Origin: Lama guanicoe
Taxonomy: Eukaryota
Reading direction: 5' to 3'
DNA length: 64,000 nucleotides
Assembly: GCA_013239625.1 (NCBI GenBank)
Contig: MU053379.1
Location: forward strand, 3,925,229 to 3,989,228
Part shown: positions 11,560-23,479 of the stretch, piece after piece
Numbering within the stretch: the first letter of the stretch is position 1
Layout of the letters: each line of letters begins with the position of its first letter
Program-made: the position numbers and the translations under genes
Notes under the pieces: generated by a model
Databases searched by the model: none
Told to the model about the DNA's origin: nothing
What the model saw: the letters and a program-made list of their open reading frames with translations, nothing else

Positions 11560-11930
11560 TGCATCTTTCTTGACCTCTGCATCTGCCACCAGCAAGCTCT
11601 CCGCTGGACCGCGGGCAGGACAGTTAACGCCCCCTCCGCCCGAGCAGCCTCCACCACTAACGGGCACAGTCTGGGCGGCTAAACTCCCTGGCTTCCTGAG
11701 GCCTCCCGGTGGGACCAGAATGTGTTCTCCTCCTCCTGAGCTGTGTGCCGTCCCCTTGGGCCTGGGGCCCGCAGCCCAGGGTGTCACGCTGGTCCACACC
11801 CTCTCTGTTGGCTGTTTCTCCTCAGGTCTGGCTCCCCGGTTCCCTCTCTCCAGCGTCCTGGGATCACTTCCCAAACCAACACTGCACCCAAGTCCTGGTT
11901 ACCGGCTGCCTCTCACCCAGCCTGAGACGC
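11560..11930 (+). mobile_element. ERVL LTR16-like LTR fragment
   Basis: 'tgttggctgtttctcc...gtcctgggatcacttcccaaaccaacactgcacccaagtcctgg' resembles the LTR16 3' end; shares 'tggtccacaccctc' with the 9.6 kb copy. Confidence 0.5.
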
Positions 11931-13067
11931 AGCGTCTCCCACGCTGGGGCCTTGCAGACCCACTGAGCTGCGCCTGCCCTCCCTATTCGCTGGGTCGAAT
12001 GTGCATTTGGGTTTGTGCCTTCGGGGTGATTCGGTGGAAACATACGTCAGAGATGCTGAGCTCTGGGTTTGCTTCAGCCCACCGTTACCAAGGCGGCCCA
12101 CCAGAACCCCCGGAAGAGAGTCGGCCTGGAGCGGCCAGACCTGCTCCCCCAGGGCTGGCAGGGGGGATGGCCGTGGGGGTGGGGGCAAGGCGGGGAGAGT
12201 CCCAGCCAGTCAGCTATGCAGGTGAGGGGTGGGGCCCGACAGGTGTTTGGTCGGCCTCAAAGAGTCAGCCAGCCCCCCTCAGGACAGGAGCAGCGGCAGA
12301 GGCAGGCATGGGGGGGCTCCCACTGCAAACCCCTGGCAGGTGGGAGAGGCCGGAGGGGCGTGGCCGGGGCGTGGCCCCAGGCTTCTCCGACGCCCTTGCT
12401 CCCCCGGGGCTGCCCTCCTCCTCGGATGGGCCAGAGGGCTCTGGCGGAGGCAGGGGAGCCCGGTCTCTCTCCCTTCTGGGAGGTGAGGCTCCAGCGCAGA
12501 CCCGCCTCGGCGAGTGGCTGCTCCCTGCCGGTGGAGGGCACTGGGCCCTTTGCCACCAAGCCACCGACCGGCCTCCCTCCCGTGTGCCAGAGTCGCAAGG
12601 CCGGTAAGGCACCATGAAGCCAGCAGAGCAGAGAAAATATTTGCCTAAAGATTAGCAGGGGAGCCCCTCTGGACTTCCAGCCTGCCAGGCCTGAGAAGCT
12701 CCAGGCTTTAAACACCTCAGGCCGGAGAGGGGACCACAGCCTGGCCCGCGCGCGCGCGTGTGTGTGTTCCTGGTCATACCAGCTCCTGGAGGTGTCCCCC
12801 AGGCAGGGCCTCTGAGCCCTAAGTCTGCCTTGTCAACAGTGTGACAGACACTGGCTGCTGCTGTGGAAACTTGAGGGGGGGACTTTTCGAGACGCCCCCA
12901 CCCCGCTGAGCTCCGCTGAGTCCTTGGTCTGCTCTGCTGTCCCAGGGCCTCTCGGTGTCTCAGTGAGAACTTCCCACAGAGAGAGACAGTCATCTTTCCA
13001 GGGTGCCCAAGGGGACAGGCCCAAGCAGCCCTGATGAGCGCAAAGTGTCGTTTAAGCCTGCTGTTTT

Positions 13068-13281
13068 AATTTTTTATATTTTATTTTTTATTGTGTAGTC
13101 AGTTTACAATATTGTGTCAGTTTCTGGTTACAGCACAATGTTTCAGTCTCAGATATACATACATATATTCGCTTTCATATTCTCTTTCATTGGAGGTTAT
13201 TACAAGATATTAAATACAGTTCCCTGTGCTGTAGAGAATTGTTGTTTACCTATTTTATATGTAGTAATTAGTATCTGCAAA
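13068..13281 (-). mobile_element. 5'-truncated lineage-specific L1 3' end with target-site duplication
   Basis: T-rich tail; TSD taagcctgc(t/c)gtttt at 13053-13067 and 13282-13296; paralogous to 419-599 and 24655-24869. Confidence 0.88.
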
Positions 13282-13974
13282 TAAGCCTGCCGTTTTTAAT
13301 TGCGGAAATGGAGGTAGATTTGCATATGTTCATTTTAGTGTAAGAGGGTATTTTGAATTTTTTGTCGCGAGACTGGGGTGTGCTGGGTCGCCCTGTGGCT
13401 TAGAGTCTTGGCCCCTGACTTCGCGTCTCCTGTACATCCCCAGCGTGAGGAGCAAAGGAAGGGACGGCCCCAGACGCAGGGCCACCCAGGGCAGGAGTGG
13501 GGACCCGGTTCTGCATCTAAGTGACCTGATGAATGTGGTACAGCCATTGTGGCTCTGTTGTCTTCCTGCCCTCATCGCCCGGGGGTGGGGTAGGGTGGCG
13601 TGGGACAGTTTGGAATGATGCCTTGTGACGTTTCCGTGGTGGTTATGCTCACAGTCGAAGGTTCATCTTATGTATTCTGCTCTTACCTTCTAATCTTGTC
13701 CTCATGTACAGTGAGCTGAACATAAACAGATGCTTGGAGGTGACTCTGCAAAATGCAAGTGAAGAGTCAGAGACCTCAGAGGAATGCCCTCACACACAGG
13801 CAAACCCCACCCCAGAGGCTTCGGGGATGACACTGGTGAACGGAGCCCAGAGGGAGACAGTGAGTCACTCAAAACGCCCCAGGAACCAGCTGAGGGGCTG
13901 GCTTTGCGTTTGCATTTTTGGTAGTTAGGAGGAGACGCTGGGTGAGGAAGTGGGAAAGCGTAACGTCTTGGATA

Positions 13975-14575
13975 ATTTTAATTTTGATATAATTTCGATG
14001 AATACAAGGTATACAAACCACATTTTTCTCCTGAGCATTTGAGAACAAGTTAAAGGCATGATTCATAAAATCCTTTCCCTCCAGACACCTCGGGTTATGT
14101 TTCCGGAGAACCAGGGGCGTCTCTTATAGAACCACGATCAGAATCAGGAAAGTCAGCACTGATCGCGTACTGTCACCTGGCCTGTAGTCCACACCCAGAG
14201 TGGCCGCTGGCTCCGGTATCTGCCTGTGTCCACAGCAGCCGCTTCACGCTCCTGGGCCAGGCTTCAGTAAGGGGCCGAGTGGAACGCTCACTTAGCTATC
14301 ACATCTCTTCAGTTTCATTTAATCTGGAGCAGCTCCCTGACCTCTTGCTGGCTTCCTGGCTGTGACGTTTTTGACTAGAGGCCCCTCACTTTAGGTTTGT
14401 CTGACATTTCCTCAGGATCAGATTCAGGTTATGCATTTTTGGCAAAAAAAAAAAATATACAAAACACAAAACACAAAAAACAATGCATAAAATAAATAAC
14501 ACGCATTTGACCAGGAGACATGTGACATTGGTTTGTCTCGCTGCAGGGAAACCATTTCATCACTCGGTGAAGGTG
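13975..14575 (-). mobile_element. L1MC4/5-like 3'UTR fossil
   Basis: 'tttaatctggagcagctcc...ggtttgtctgacatttcctcaggatcagattcaggttatgcatttttggca' matches the recalled L1MC 3'UTR. Confidence 0.65.
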
Positions 14576-14577
14576 GA

Positions 14578-14617
<40 letters not shown>

Positions 14618-14625
14618 TTGTTGTT
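14578..14625. repeat. (GAT)13(GTT)3 microsatellite
   Basis: Read directly from sequence. Confidence 0.95.
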
Positions 14626-14687
14626 AATCCGATCCATGACAAATGCACCGACTCGGACTTCAGCAGGAGACGTGCAGCCTCATGCAA

Positions 14688-14703
14688 CAGCGCCACCTGC
14701 TGA
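14688..14703 (-). promoter_or_regulatory. Candidate CTCF-binding site
   Basis: Minus strand tcagcaggtggcgctg closely matches the CTCF core CCASYAGRKGGCRS; motif match only. Confidence 0.4.
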
Positions 14704-16559
14704 AAAAAAGGGAACAGTTTTCTTAGACTTCAAGTCCCTGGAAGGGGCTTGTATCCTGATGCCTTCCAAATGCCACTTAAGGTTAAACTTAACCTTTCCA
14801 GAGATGGAGCGTAGGGGGAAGGCCTGGGGGGCATTGCAGGGAGCCGCTGAGGGGAGGGTTATACTTTGGAAGAGCCGGGCTGGGCAGGTCCCGGTGCTGC
14901 TGCAGGCGCTCAGCCCCTCGGAGCATCTTCACACTCTCCGGATTCCGGGGGAGGTGGGAGGCTGAGGACGGCGGCGGGCTCCCCCGCCGCAGGGCATATC
15001 TGATGCCCCGGCACCCAGCCCTCACTGGCCCTGCTAGAAGCACCCAGCCCAAGAGCTCGCCACGCACTTTCCCTCCATCTTCATAATGCAGCTCCGTATA
15101 AACCTTAACTCGTTCCAGCATCTGCCTCATTGTTTGTCTGGAAATAATAAGAACTGTTTGTTTCGCTCTATAATTTGAGAGAAAGCCTGGCACCCCCACC
15201 CACCGTGGATAACGCTCTGGAACGATCCCTGTCATCTCCCGGTCGTGCTGAGCACCAGCCAACTGTTTTCTTCAAAGAGATGTTTGATCTTCTCTCTGCT
15301 AATCAGAAGTCGGAACCTGAAAATCGTACCAGATCATCGGACGGCCCAGGTCTGACGTGTTTTCTGTTTCACCACCTGTTTCTGCAATATTCCTTGAAGC
15401 GTGGAAGGACGTTCACGTTTGAACCGAGTTCTTTTTCTCTTGTTACTGGCCATTCTCCCCTAGCAGGAGCTCACAATTGGCCCGAATGTGGGGGAGAGAG
15501 GAAGGGTGGCAGGGAGGGTCTTAGTTCTGCAGTGAAGAGCTGGAAGTTACCAGTGTAACTTGAATGCCAAAACCAAGAATATCCAGTCTGGTCATCTGGC
15601 TCTTCACTCATTGTATCTGGAGTCTGGATGGATGGAGGGTCTGCTAAGAGCTCAGACCAGTCCCAAGAATCCAGGCACCACATTTAACTGTGAACAAATA
15701 CACATCAGGACCCCCCCCCCAAACGGGAGAGGGAGTGTGATGTCCTGAACAAGGACTGCGTGCTCGGGGAGCACCCGGCCTGGGAGCTGGGAGTTAAATC
15801 ATCGGGGAGCAAGATGGCCCGTGTACAACCGCTCAAACGTCAGAAAGGGAGAGGCTCCAGACTCAACTCTCCTCGACTCAGAGCGTAGAACTAACACTAG
15901 TGACATTTCGGAGGGAGAGGTGCTAACTTATGATGAAAAACGAAACAAATTTGTAACGGTTGGACGTGTCCGAGGATGGTTTGGAACGCTCTGGGGAGCA
16001 GGGTTGCAGGAAGGGTGTGTGTGACCAGGTCATCTGACTTCACGTCCCATTTACACTGAGATCTTTAACTTAAAGGTCCTTTAGCGTTTAATCCATGGCT
16101 CGACCCAACCTATAGGCAACTTTTTCATCTTTAAATTTTAAACAGGTAAGTGAATGAAAATAAGTTGGGGAGATTCTTCCTTTCAAACCCAAGCTTGAGG
16201 CCATGCAATTGATATTTGATTCGTTTGTCCTAAAAATTACGTAACACAAGAGGAAAACATATTTGTAAACAAAAGGAAAACCCTTTAGGGGCAGCTCTTT
16301 GTAAAAAGGATTTGGCACTGGGTAAATGCTGCATTTCTACTAATTGCTTGCATTTCATTACTGTGATCAAGTTTAATTATTCCTGGAAAAATTCTCCACT
16401 TTGTAAATTATTTAGAGTTCACAAAGCTGGGCTTTCCGAATCAGCACTTTGCAGCGCATGGAAAAATCCAAAAAGAGAAAAAAAGTAACTCATTTGTTTT
16501 TGAACATCTTTGGCTGCTATGAGGTTGTATCCTATGAAATTATTTGACCAACTTTAATT

Positions 16560-16680
16560 AAATATTTTATTTAAAAAGTAACAGATTCACATTGCAGCTG
16601 TGAGAAATAGCATACAGAGCCTTCGTACCCTTTACCTGGTTTCACCCAGTGGTAACATCTTGCAAAACTATAGTACATTT
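16560..16680 (-). mobile_element. L1MD/L1MC-like 3' terminal fragment
   Basis: 'taccctttacctggtttcacccagtggtaacatcttgcaaaactatagtaca'. Confidence 0.55.
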
Positions 16681-18494
16681 TTGATGTGCAAAATGGTGGT
16701 TTTATGGGATTCAACCTAATATGTCATAGATGAATGCCAAAACCCACAAGTCTGACTGGATTAGGCCATGTGAATGCATCCTAAATTCACAAAGCTTTCA
16801 AGTAACATTGATGACACTGAAACCTGGGCCATTACAGCTGCGATGCACGTGGGCTTAGCTTGCGGGAGAGGAGAGGGTTCTAGGGAGGCTCCTGTAGAAG
16901 AACAAGGCTGAGGGCTGGGTTTTTGGAAACGCCACAGATGGATCAGGGACAAAGCACTGGGAAATGGGGGGGGGTGCCCCTGGGTGAGCAAACACCAGAT
17001 GCAGCTTGAAGGCCAGAGAGAGCGAGGGGGTGGGGAGGCCGAGGCAGCCCGGGAGGTGCCGGGATGGATGAGAGGTCAGTCTGTGAGCGGAGAGGAAGGC
17101 ACGAACCCAGAGGAAGAGACGGCAGGTGCAGCAGAGGAGGTGGGCCAGGAGGGGGAGGGTCAGCGGAGGACGCTGCCAGGAGGGGGGAAGGGAAAGTGTC
17201 TTCCCTCGCTGGAGGAGAGGAGGCTAGAATGGGGGAGGTGGCTTCGACATTTAGAAGTAACAGAAGAGCAAACTGACTATACTTCAATTTAAAAGAAAAA
17301 GTGAGTAGGAGGGAGTGCATTGTAAATTTTACTGGTTTTCCAATGTTTTAAAAATAATGCAACCTTTTGTCTTTTTCTACACTGTATCGCATGCAGAATG
17401 CTGAGATACAAAAAACTGGAGATCAGGGCTGGTCCTGCTGAAATGAGGCTAAGGCCCACCTTCAGCCTCTCCTGACTCAGCGTGGCCCCGTTTTACCTTC
17501 CAAAGCCTAGAGCTTCCCCAAACGCATCAGAAAACAAATAGCATCCATGATGGAGGAAAAAGGCCAAAGTATTTCAACCCTGTAAGTCCTGCTTTTATCA
17601 GGCTAGAGACTTTAATTCTCACATCGTTCTGTTGTTTGGCACATGAACTGTGAGATGTAAAGGGTTTCCTTGGTTTCACAGAGAGACCGAAAGCTACAGC
17701 ATGAACGTTCTAATGGGATGAACAGGTCGTCCGACTATCAGCGCGAGAGTGGCTGGTCCTGTGAGCCCAGAGTGGGAGCAGCCTGGCCCGCAGCCAGCAC
17801 CCCGAGGGCTCAGCGGGCTGTGAGCACATCCCGAACCAAAACCGTGGCGGGCTGTCCCAACCCAAACGTGCTAGTAGCCTGGAGTAAGAAAGCTCTAATG
17901 TTCAGGTCCAGAAACCCGATGCCCCGCTGGTCGGGCTGGCCGACCCCGGCCGCAGCGGCACCTCCGCTGTGAGCCCGTGCTTAGGAAGGACAGGGACAAA
18001 GCGGGGAGTAGAGGTGCAGGTGAGGGGGGAGCAGAGCTGATTTGCTGTGAACATTGGTTCCAGGAGAGCAGGGCAGAGGCAGCAGGGGGAGAGGGAAGGA
18101 GGGAGCCGAGCCCACGAAGTGATGACATGTGGTTATAATTTAGAGAAGGTTTATTTCAGAAATGGAGATGAATCAGCTTAAAAGGGGAGAAAGGGACTTA
18201 TGAGCGGGGCTACGAAGGCGGAGGGTCGGAGGGGTGGACACGGCTCGTGCGGCCCCACCGCCGTCGCTGTCACTGGGGTCCAGCCGTCACCTGCGGGCGC
18301 CAAGGACTGGAGCTGCAGCCCCTGCCGCTCCCCACGTGCGCGCGTGAGAGGGCCAGGCGCCCGCACTCCGGCTCCGCGCCCCGCCCCGAGGTCCCCCGGG
18401 TGCCACACACATGCGAGTGCTCCCGCGCAAATATGTGCAGGGCAGGGGACCTCAGAGAATGCCTTCCGTGCTTCCCAGCCCCCTGGCCCGCCTC

Positions 18495-18730
18495 CCTCCC
18501 CGCCAGCCGCCTCCCTCCTTCTTTCCTCCCTCCCTTCACTCCTCCCCTCTCTTCCTTCTTTCCTCCTGTTTCTTCTCTTTCTTCCCGCGCATGTGTGCTG
18601 AGCGCTATGTTCCATGCACCTCAGCCACGATGCTGAGCAAACAGACGTGGTCCTGCCCTTGAGAGGCTCACGAGCAGGTGACAGGGACGGACACGGATCA
18701 GTCGTCACTGTCACAAACAGTAAGTTGTGC
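18495..18730 (-). mobile_element. L2 3' end with pyrimidine-rich expanded tail
   Basis: (ttcc)n-like tract then 'gagcaaacagacgtggtcctgcccttgagaggctcac'. Confidence 0.5.
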
Positions 18731-19249
18731 TTCCTTTATTATTATGGAAGTTGAATACTTCGCCTCGTGTCTACGGTGCGTGTGACACTCATGGACCTCC
18801 TGACCCAGGTATGAACACCCACTCTATATACATCTAACTGAACTTTATCTGGTTCTCTGCCCGCGGCGGCCCAGTGAAAGAATTTAATCCATCTAGCGTC
18901 TCAGTCTAATTCAGTAATGGAAACTCGGTCCACTGGGTTTGAGTCTCTCCGTCTGGAGCTCAGCCCCCTTCTCTCCCTCCTTGGGGTGTCACGGAAGACT
19001 CCGGGAGGTCTGAGGCCCGTGGCCTCAGGACTGTGGCTGGGGTGGGGAGGCACGTGGGTTGGGGTCTGTCCTGAGACCAGGCTGAGCTTTACCAAGATGC
19101 AGGTCCTGTCCTGGCCTCCCTCGGCGGGGAGCCCGGGCCTCACTGGTTCGCTGTGCGGTTGTTGCCGTGGGCGGTGGCACCGCGTTCATCGCCATGTGCC
19201 CTTCAGGGCGGTGCCAGTGGGTCTTCTAGTTTGCTGAAATTCTCAGAGA

Positions 19250-19620
19250 GCTCCCACTAGAACTCATTTACAAGTTCCAAGTTCTTTAATTTCCTAAGTT
19301 CAGCATTTGTCTTTATTAACGCCTTCCTTTCCCTGCCATCACAGCCATTACCCCTCCAGCTTCTTAGGTTACCTTTTCCCGTCATTTGACTTTATTTCTC
19401 ATGAATAAAAAACATGGAAGGCTATAAATTTTGAGTGCAGTATTTACCACATGGCATGAATCGGGGTTTATTGTTTTCCAACCATTATTATTTCCGAGAA
19501 CATTAAACTGAATTTGCGATTTCTTTTTGGACCCTCGCGTTAATTTGGAGTCAAGGGGTCAGATTTTGTTATTGTTGTCAATGTCTGTGCCAGTGTCTGT
19601 GTTGGTTGTAGTTATTACTA
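19250..19620 (-). mobile_element. Ancient L1 ORF2 fragment
   Basis: 'ggctataaatttt...gatttctttttggaccctcgcgttaatttggagt' resembles antisense L1 ORF2 5' region. Confidence 0.4.
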
Positions 19621-20354
19621 CGTGCTTATAAAACTTCTACTTTTAGGAATACACAAAGATTCTTCATGGAAATTCTGTAATTTTATATTTTCAGAAGCAT
19701 TCCGTGGTCATCAAGAAAAAAAATTTGTACTGAGTTTGAAATTATAAATATATATCCAACAAACACACATTTCTTAGAAATTTCACCGCCCAAACACACC
19801 CCGACTCTAATTGCTACCACATACATCTTACAACCCCAGAGCCCCCATCAAATCTGGGAATGTCCTGAGTGCCCAGGTGTAGGGTTCTCGGGAAACCCTA
19901 ATCAAGCGGGGTGGTGGCGGCCACGGGCAAGAGCTAATGCCTGCCCCCCACCACTGCCTTCGCATCCTCAGCCCATGGATTCTGCTGTCATGGCAGCGGG
20001 GGTCCAGCAAGGCTGGCGCCCTTCCTTTGGTCATCCGTTGTCGCAAGCGCTAACCAAGAGGTAAGGCTATTAGAAGAGCTTTATTGAAATTCCGTCTCTC
20101 CGTCAGTTTGCATTTGTAGAATATCCCTTACGCTACAGTCTTGTTTTCAACATTCCCAGGCTATTTTTGTGAAGCGTTGCTTTCACAGACAGCAAAATTG
20201 AGTAGAGCAGTTTTCCAATTCAAACTGAGAGGGTTTTGTATTAGCGGCGGTTTTTAACTTATTTTGGCCTAATGTCTAAATCAATAATTTGGTCTCTGTC
20301 ATTTAACTGGTAATGTTTCTTTGATGAATTGTTTGTTTTCTCTTGAAATCAAGT

Positions 20355-20665
20355 GGAACATCACCATTTGGATGTGAACAATGCATCTCAGATCCCACGT
20401 GCCCCAACACAGCTCTGTCCTCCCAAGCGCCCCTGTGAAATTCCTCCCGTCTCATTAAATGGTGCCACCTTCAACGTACCCAGACGCCATCCTTCACTCT
20501 TCTCATTCCCCAAAAACCTACATCTGATTCACCCACAAGTCCCGTTTGCTCGACACCCCAGGCACATCCCAAAGCTGACCACTCCGTCCGTCTCCACCGC
20601 CATGAATTGTGCTCGGTCCATCGCCGTCTCTTGCTGAGGTACCACTGAAGGTCCTGTCTGATTAA
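20355..20665 (+). mobile_element. L2 fragment
   Basis: 'acatcaccatttggatgtg...gcatctcag...ccgtctcattaaatggtgccacc...tgaccactccgtccgtctccaccgcca'. Confidence 0.6.
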
Positions 20666-20674
20666 TTCTGCTCT

Positions 20675-21010
20675 CAGTGCTCACTGAGTTCTTACCGTGT
20701 GCCAGGTGTCTGATAGGTATTAGGAACATGTCAGTGGGTAAAACACAGAAAGACCTCTGTCCCAATGCAGCTTGCATTCTGATGAATGGAGACAGACAAT
20801 AAGGGAAAGTGTGTGTGTGCGTGTGTGTGTGAGATGGAGGCGGTAAGTGCTATGGAGAAAAAAATGAAGGAAAGGGGATAAAAAGGAGGAGGATGTGGGA
20901 AGTTGTACTTTTAAAGGAAGAGTTCAGAAAGACATCACTTCAAAGAGGACACCGGTATGAGCTCTCAAGGAGGTGAGGGAGTGAGACGTGTGGGGCCAGA
21001 CGGGAGGCGA
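20675..21010 (-). mobile_element. L2a-like 3' end
   Basis: 'cactgagttcttaccgtgtgccaggtg...gcagcttgcattctgatg...gagacagacaataa...taagtgctatggagaaaaaa'. Confidence 0.68.
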
Positions 21011-21169
21011 CTGCCAGGCATCAAGGCCAAGTCGGGACCGGGGCACAGACCCTGCAGTGCCTTCAAGGCCACGGGAAGGACGTGGACATATGATGGCCCC
21101 AGTGAGGCCCAGCCACAAGAGGTTTTTGTTTGTTTTGTTTCACTTTCTTGGAATTAAAACCAGTGCTTC

Positions 21170-21585
21170 CACTTTGAATGGTTTTAGCTCTGCAGAAATG
21201 TCACACAGAGAATGTGGGCCCACTTACCCACTGTTGTCAGCTCGTGTCTTGTGGCATGTCTGTCACAGCTACAGAACCAGCGTGGGTGCCACACCACGGA
21301 CTGAAGTCCACACTTACTTCGAGTTTCAGCAGTTTTCCCCGAACGTCCTTGTCCTGTCCCAGGATTCCACCCAGCGAGTCCCATTCTGTTTGGTTGTCAT
21401 GGGTCCCTGGTCTCCTCTGTGCTGTGACGGGTTCTCTGACTGTCCTTGCTTTTGGCGAACTTTGCTGTTCCAAAGGCAGAATTTTGCACAATGTCCTGCA
21501 ATTTGGGTTTGCCTGATGTTTCTTCACGACTAGATGAGGGTCATTCCTCATGGTTAGGCTAAGGTTTTGAGGAGGGAACACTGAC
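21170..21585 (-). mobile_element. L1MC/L1MD-like 3'UTR fossil
   Basis: 'tgtcccaggattccaccc...tttggttgtcatg...gctgtgacgggttctctgactgtccttg...aatgtcctgcaatttgggtttgcctgatgtttct'. Confidence 0.7.
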
Positions 21586-21794
21586 CACAAAGTACAGAAA
21601 GCTAAAACACAACAAATGATTGCAAAACACCCTTGAGGGATTGTAAGATTCATTGCTTAAAAAAAGTCGCTGAAGAGGAAAACCGAGGAACTGTTACAAA
21701 ATATATCAAGCAATCACCCCATGTACAAAGCAGGGCTGCACCCCCCAGCCTAAGCCCTTGTAAAGGACCATTCACAGTAAATGAACTGGTATTT

Positions 21795-22340
21795 CAAATC
21801 TAAAGGTTGGAAAGAGGAACAGGAACACAGAAATCTAAATCAAGCAGTGGGAAGGAAATAAAGAGATTCATTTCATCAGGAGGAAATGAAAAGCAGGGTT
21901 AATTGATAAGATCAAATACTATTTCAAAAGAACAATAAAACAGACAAACAGAGAAAGAGGGAAAGTGAGCACGTGAAAAACACTGGGAACAGATAAGTTT
22001 AACACAAACATGTGCAGAAGTGTTTTTTTAAACTGTCAGGGTCAATACGAACAACTCCATACCAATAAATTAAAAACTCATGGAATGGACAATTTGCTAG
22101 GAAACTGTTGTCGAGACTGGTCTTAGAGGGAAGCCACCAAGAAGGCTTATGATCATTAAAAAAAACAGTAGTAATAATTGAAACGGTGGCCTACGCACCT
22201 CACCCCCACAGACCCGGGCGCAGGTGCTCTTTGTAGCCACTGCTACAAATTCTAGAAAAAGGTATTTTCCATTGTGTCCTAACTGTTTCTGAAAAAGAAA
22301 AGAAAGAAAAGAAAAACCTCTTACAGCCAAGAATACCGGG
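21795..22340 (+). mobile_element. Ancient L1 ORF2 fragment (between endonuclease and RT domains)
   Basis: 'tacgaacaactccataccaataaattaaaaactcatggaatggacaatttgctaggaa' matches the L1 ORF2 YEQLYANK...EMDKFLE-coding region. Confidence 0.62.
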
Positions 22341-23050
22341 GGCTGGAAACACAGGCGCACGCCTTTGTCTCAGAGCTGCAGGCGCCGACGGCTCCCTGCG
22401 GGCTCCGCCGCGGGGACCGGGGAGCCGGCGCTGCGCTTAGCGCGAGTTCGTCTCGGCGGTGAGGGCGGCTCCGGGGCTCCGAGCGTAGCGGCCTGTGAGC
22501 CCTCCGCGCTGGGCCTGAGTTACAGGCGTTCGAAAAGTGGGCATCAGGCGGAGGCGTCTGCCTCCAGGCGGGGAGGTGCCTCGGGGGGCCCCTGCGGGTT
22601 CCTGCCGGGCCGGGCCGGACTCCAGGCTGCGCCCCGCGGCCGGTCTGTCGCGGGGGCCCGGGGAGGCGCCGTCGTGGTTGCGCCCTCCGCTCAGCTGCAG
22701 GGAGGCCCCCCCCCCCCCCCCCCCCCCCCCTCCCCGCCCCCCCGGCCCACCCCCCCCCCCGNNNNNNNNNNNNNNNNNNNNNNNNNNNNNNNNNNNNNNN
22801 NNNNNNNNNNNNTTCTTCTCGAAACAAGGAGTCAGGAAGGGATGGCTGCTGGCGCCCAGTCCTCAGATCAGGTCTGTCAGGGCTGAACTGCCCCAGATGC
22901 TTCTGCCTTTTCAGCGTGGCGGCAAGACGGCCACGTGTCCCCGTCCAAGGCGGGAAGGAGGAAGGAGGGCCGGGCAGCCGGGCCACGCGGTCCCCAGTTC
23001 CCCGCGCGCCCTCTGCGCCTCAGGCTCGAGAGGCGGGAGGGAAAGGCTTT
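22340..23050. promoter_or_regulatory. CpG island containing a poly-C tract and an assembly gap
   Basis: Extreme GC and CpG density; C-run at about 22706-22760. Confidence 0.72.
22762..22812. other. Assembly gap (51 N)
   Basis: N run directly after poly-C. Confidence 0.99.
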
Positions 23051-23179
23051 ACTAATTTCAGTTCGCACACTTCTTTGTTACCATCGGCAATCCCTTCACA
23101 CTTCCCTTTTTCTTTCCTTCCTTTTTTCTTTCCTTTTTTTGGTGGCGTTGAAGTGACTTTTATCTGAGTGCAAAATTGA

Positions 23180-23400
23180 CTTTGTCCCTGAGATTTTCAA
23201 AAATATGTCATTATTTTCTAGAAATTTCTCTTTGAAGTACTGGGTTCCTCTTCTATCCGATGTGTACAAGAGACGACTGTTTAGGTTTCCAAACAAATGT
23301 AAATGTTTTTAAGTGTCTCTGTGCGCTCCCTTCCAGCGCCGCCTGGGAGATTTGGGACAGTCTCAACTGTGGCCGCCTTGCACATCTTTAAACGATGTGT
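23180..23400 (-). mobile_element. Possible ancient L1 ORF2 fragment, antisense
   Basis: 'tttctctttgaagtactgggtt...ctgtttaggtttccaaacaaatgtaaatgttttt' loosely matches antisense L1 ORF2. Confidence 0.35.
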
Positions 23401-23479
23401 AAAAACCTTTATTCTCCTTCTTTTTCAAGTACAGTTGGCTACCTTTTGGCTCAATTGCTGATAACAAGTAAAATGGATA

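Noticed and set aside
11570..12607. Longest ORF (345 aa) as a protein-coding gene
   Set aside because: Non-ATG start inside an LTR16-like repeat, Pro/Gly/Ala-rich composition expected from GC-rich DNA, overlapping ORFs in several frames, no recognisable domain
14483..14965. 160-aa ORF with a poly-Met run
   Set aside because: The Met run is the (GAT)13 microsatellite and the N-terminus lies in an L1MC fossil
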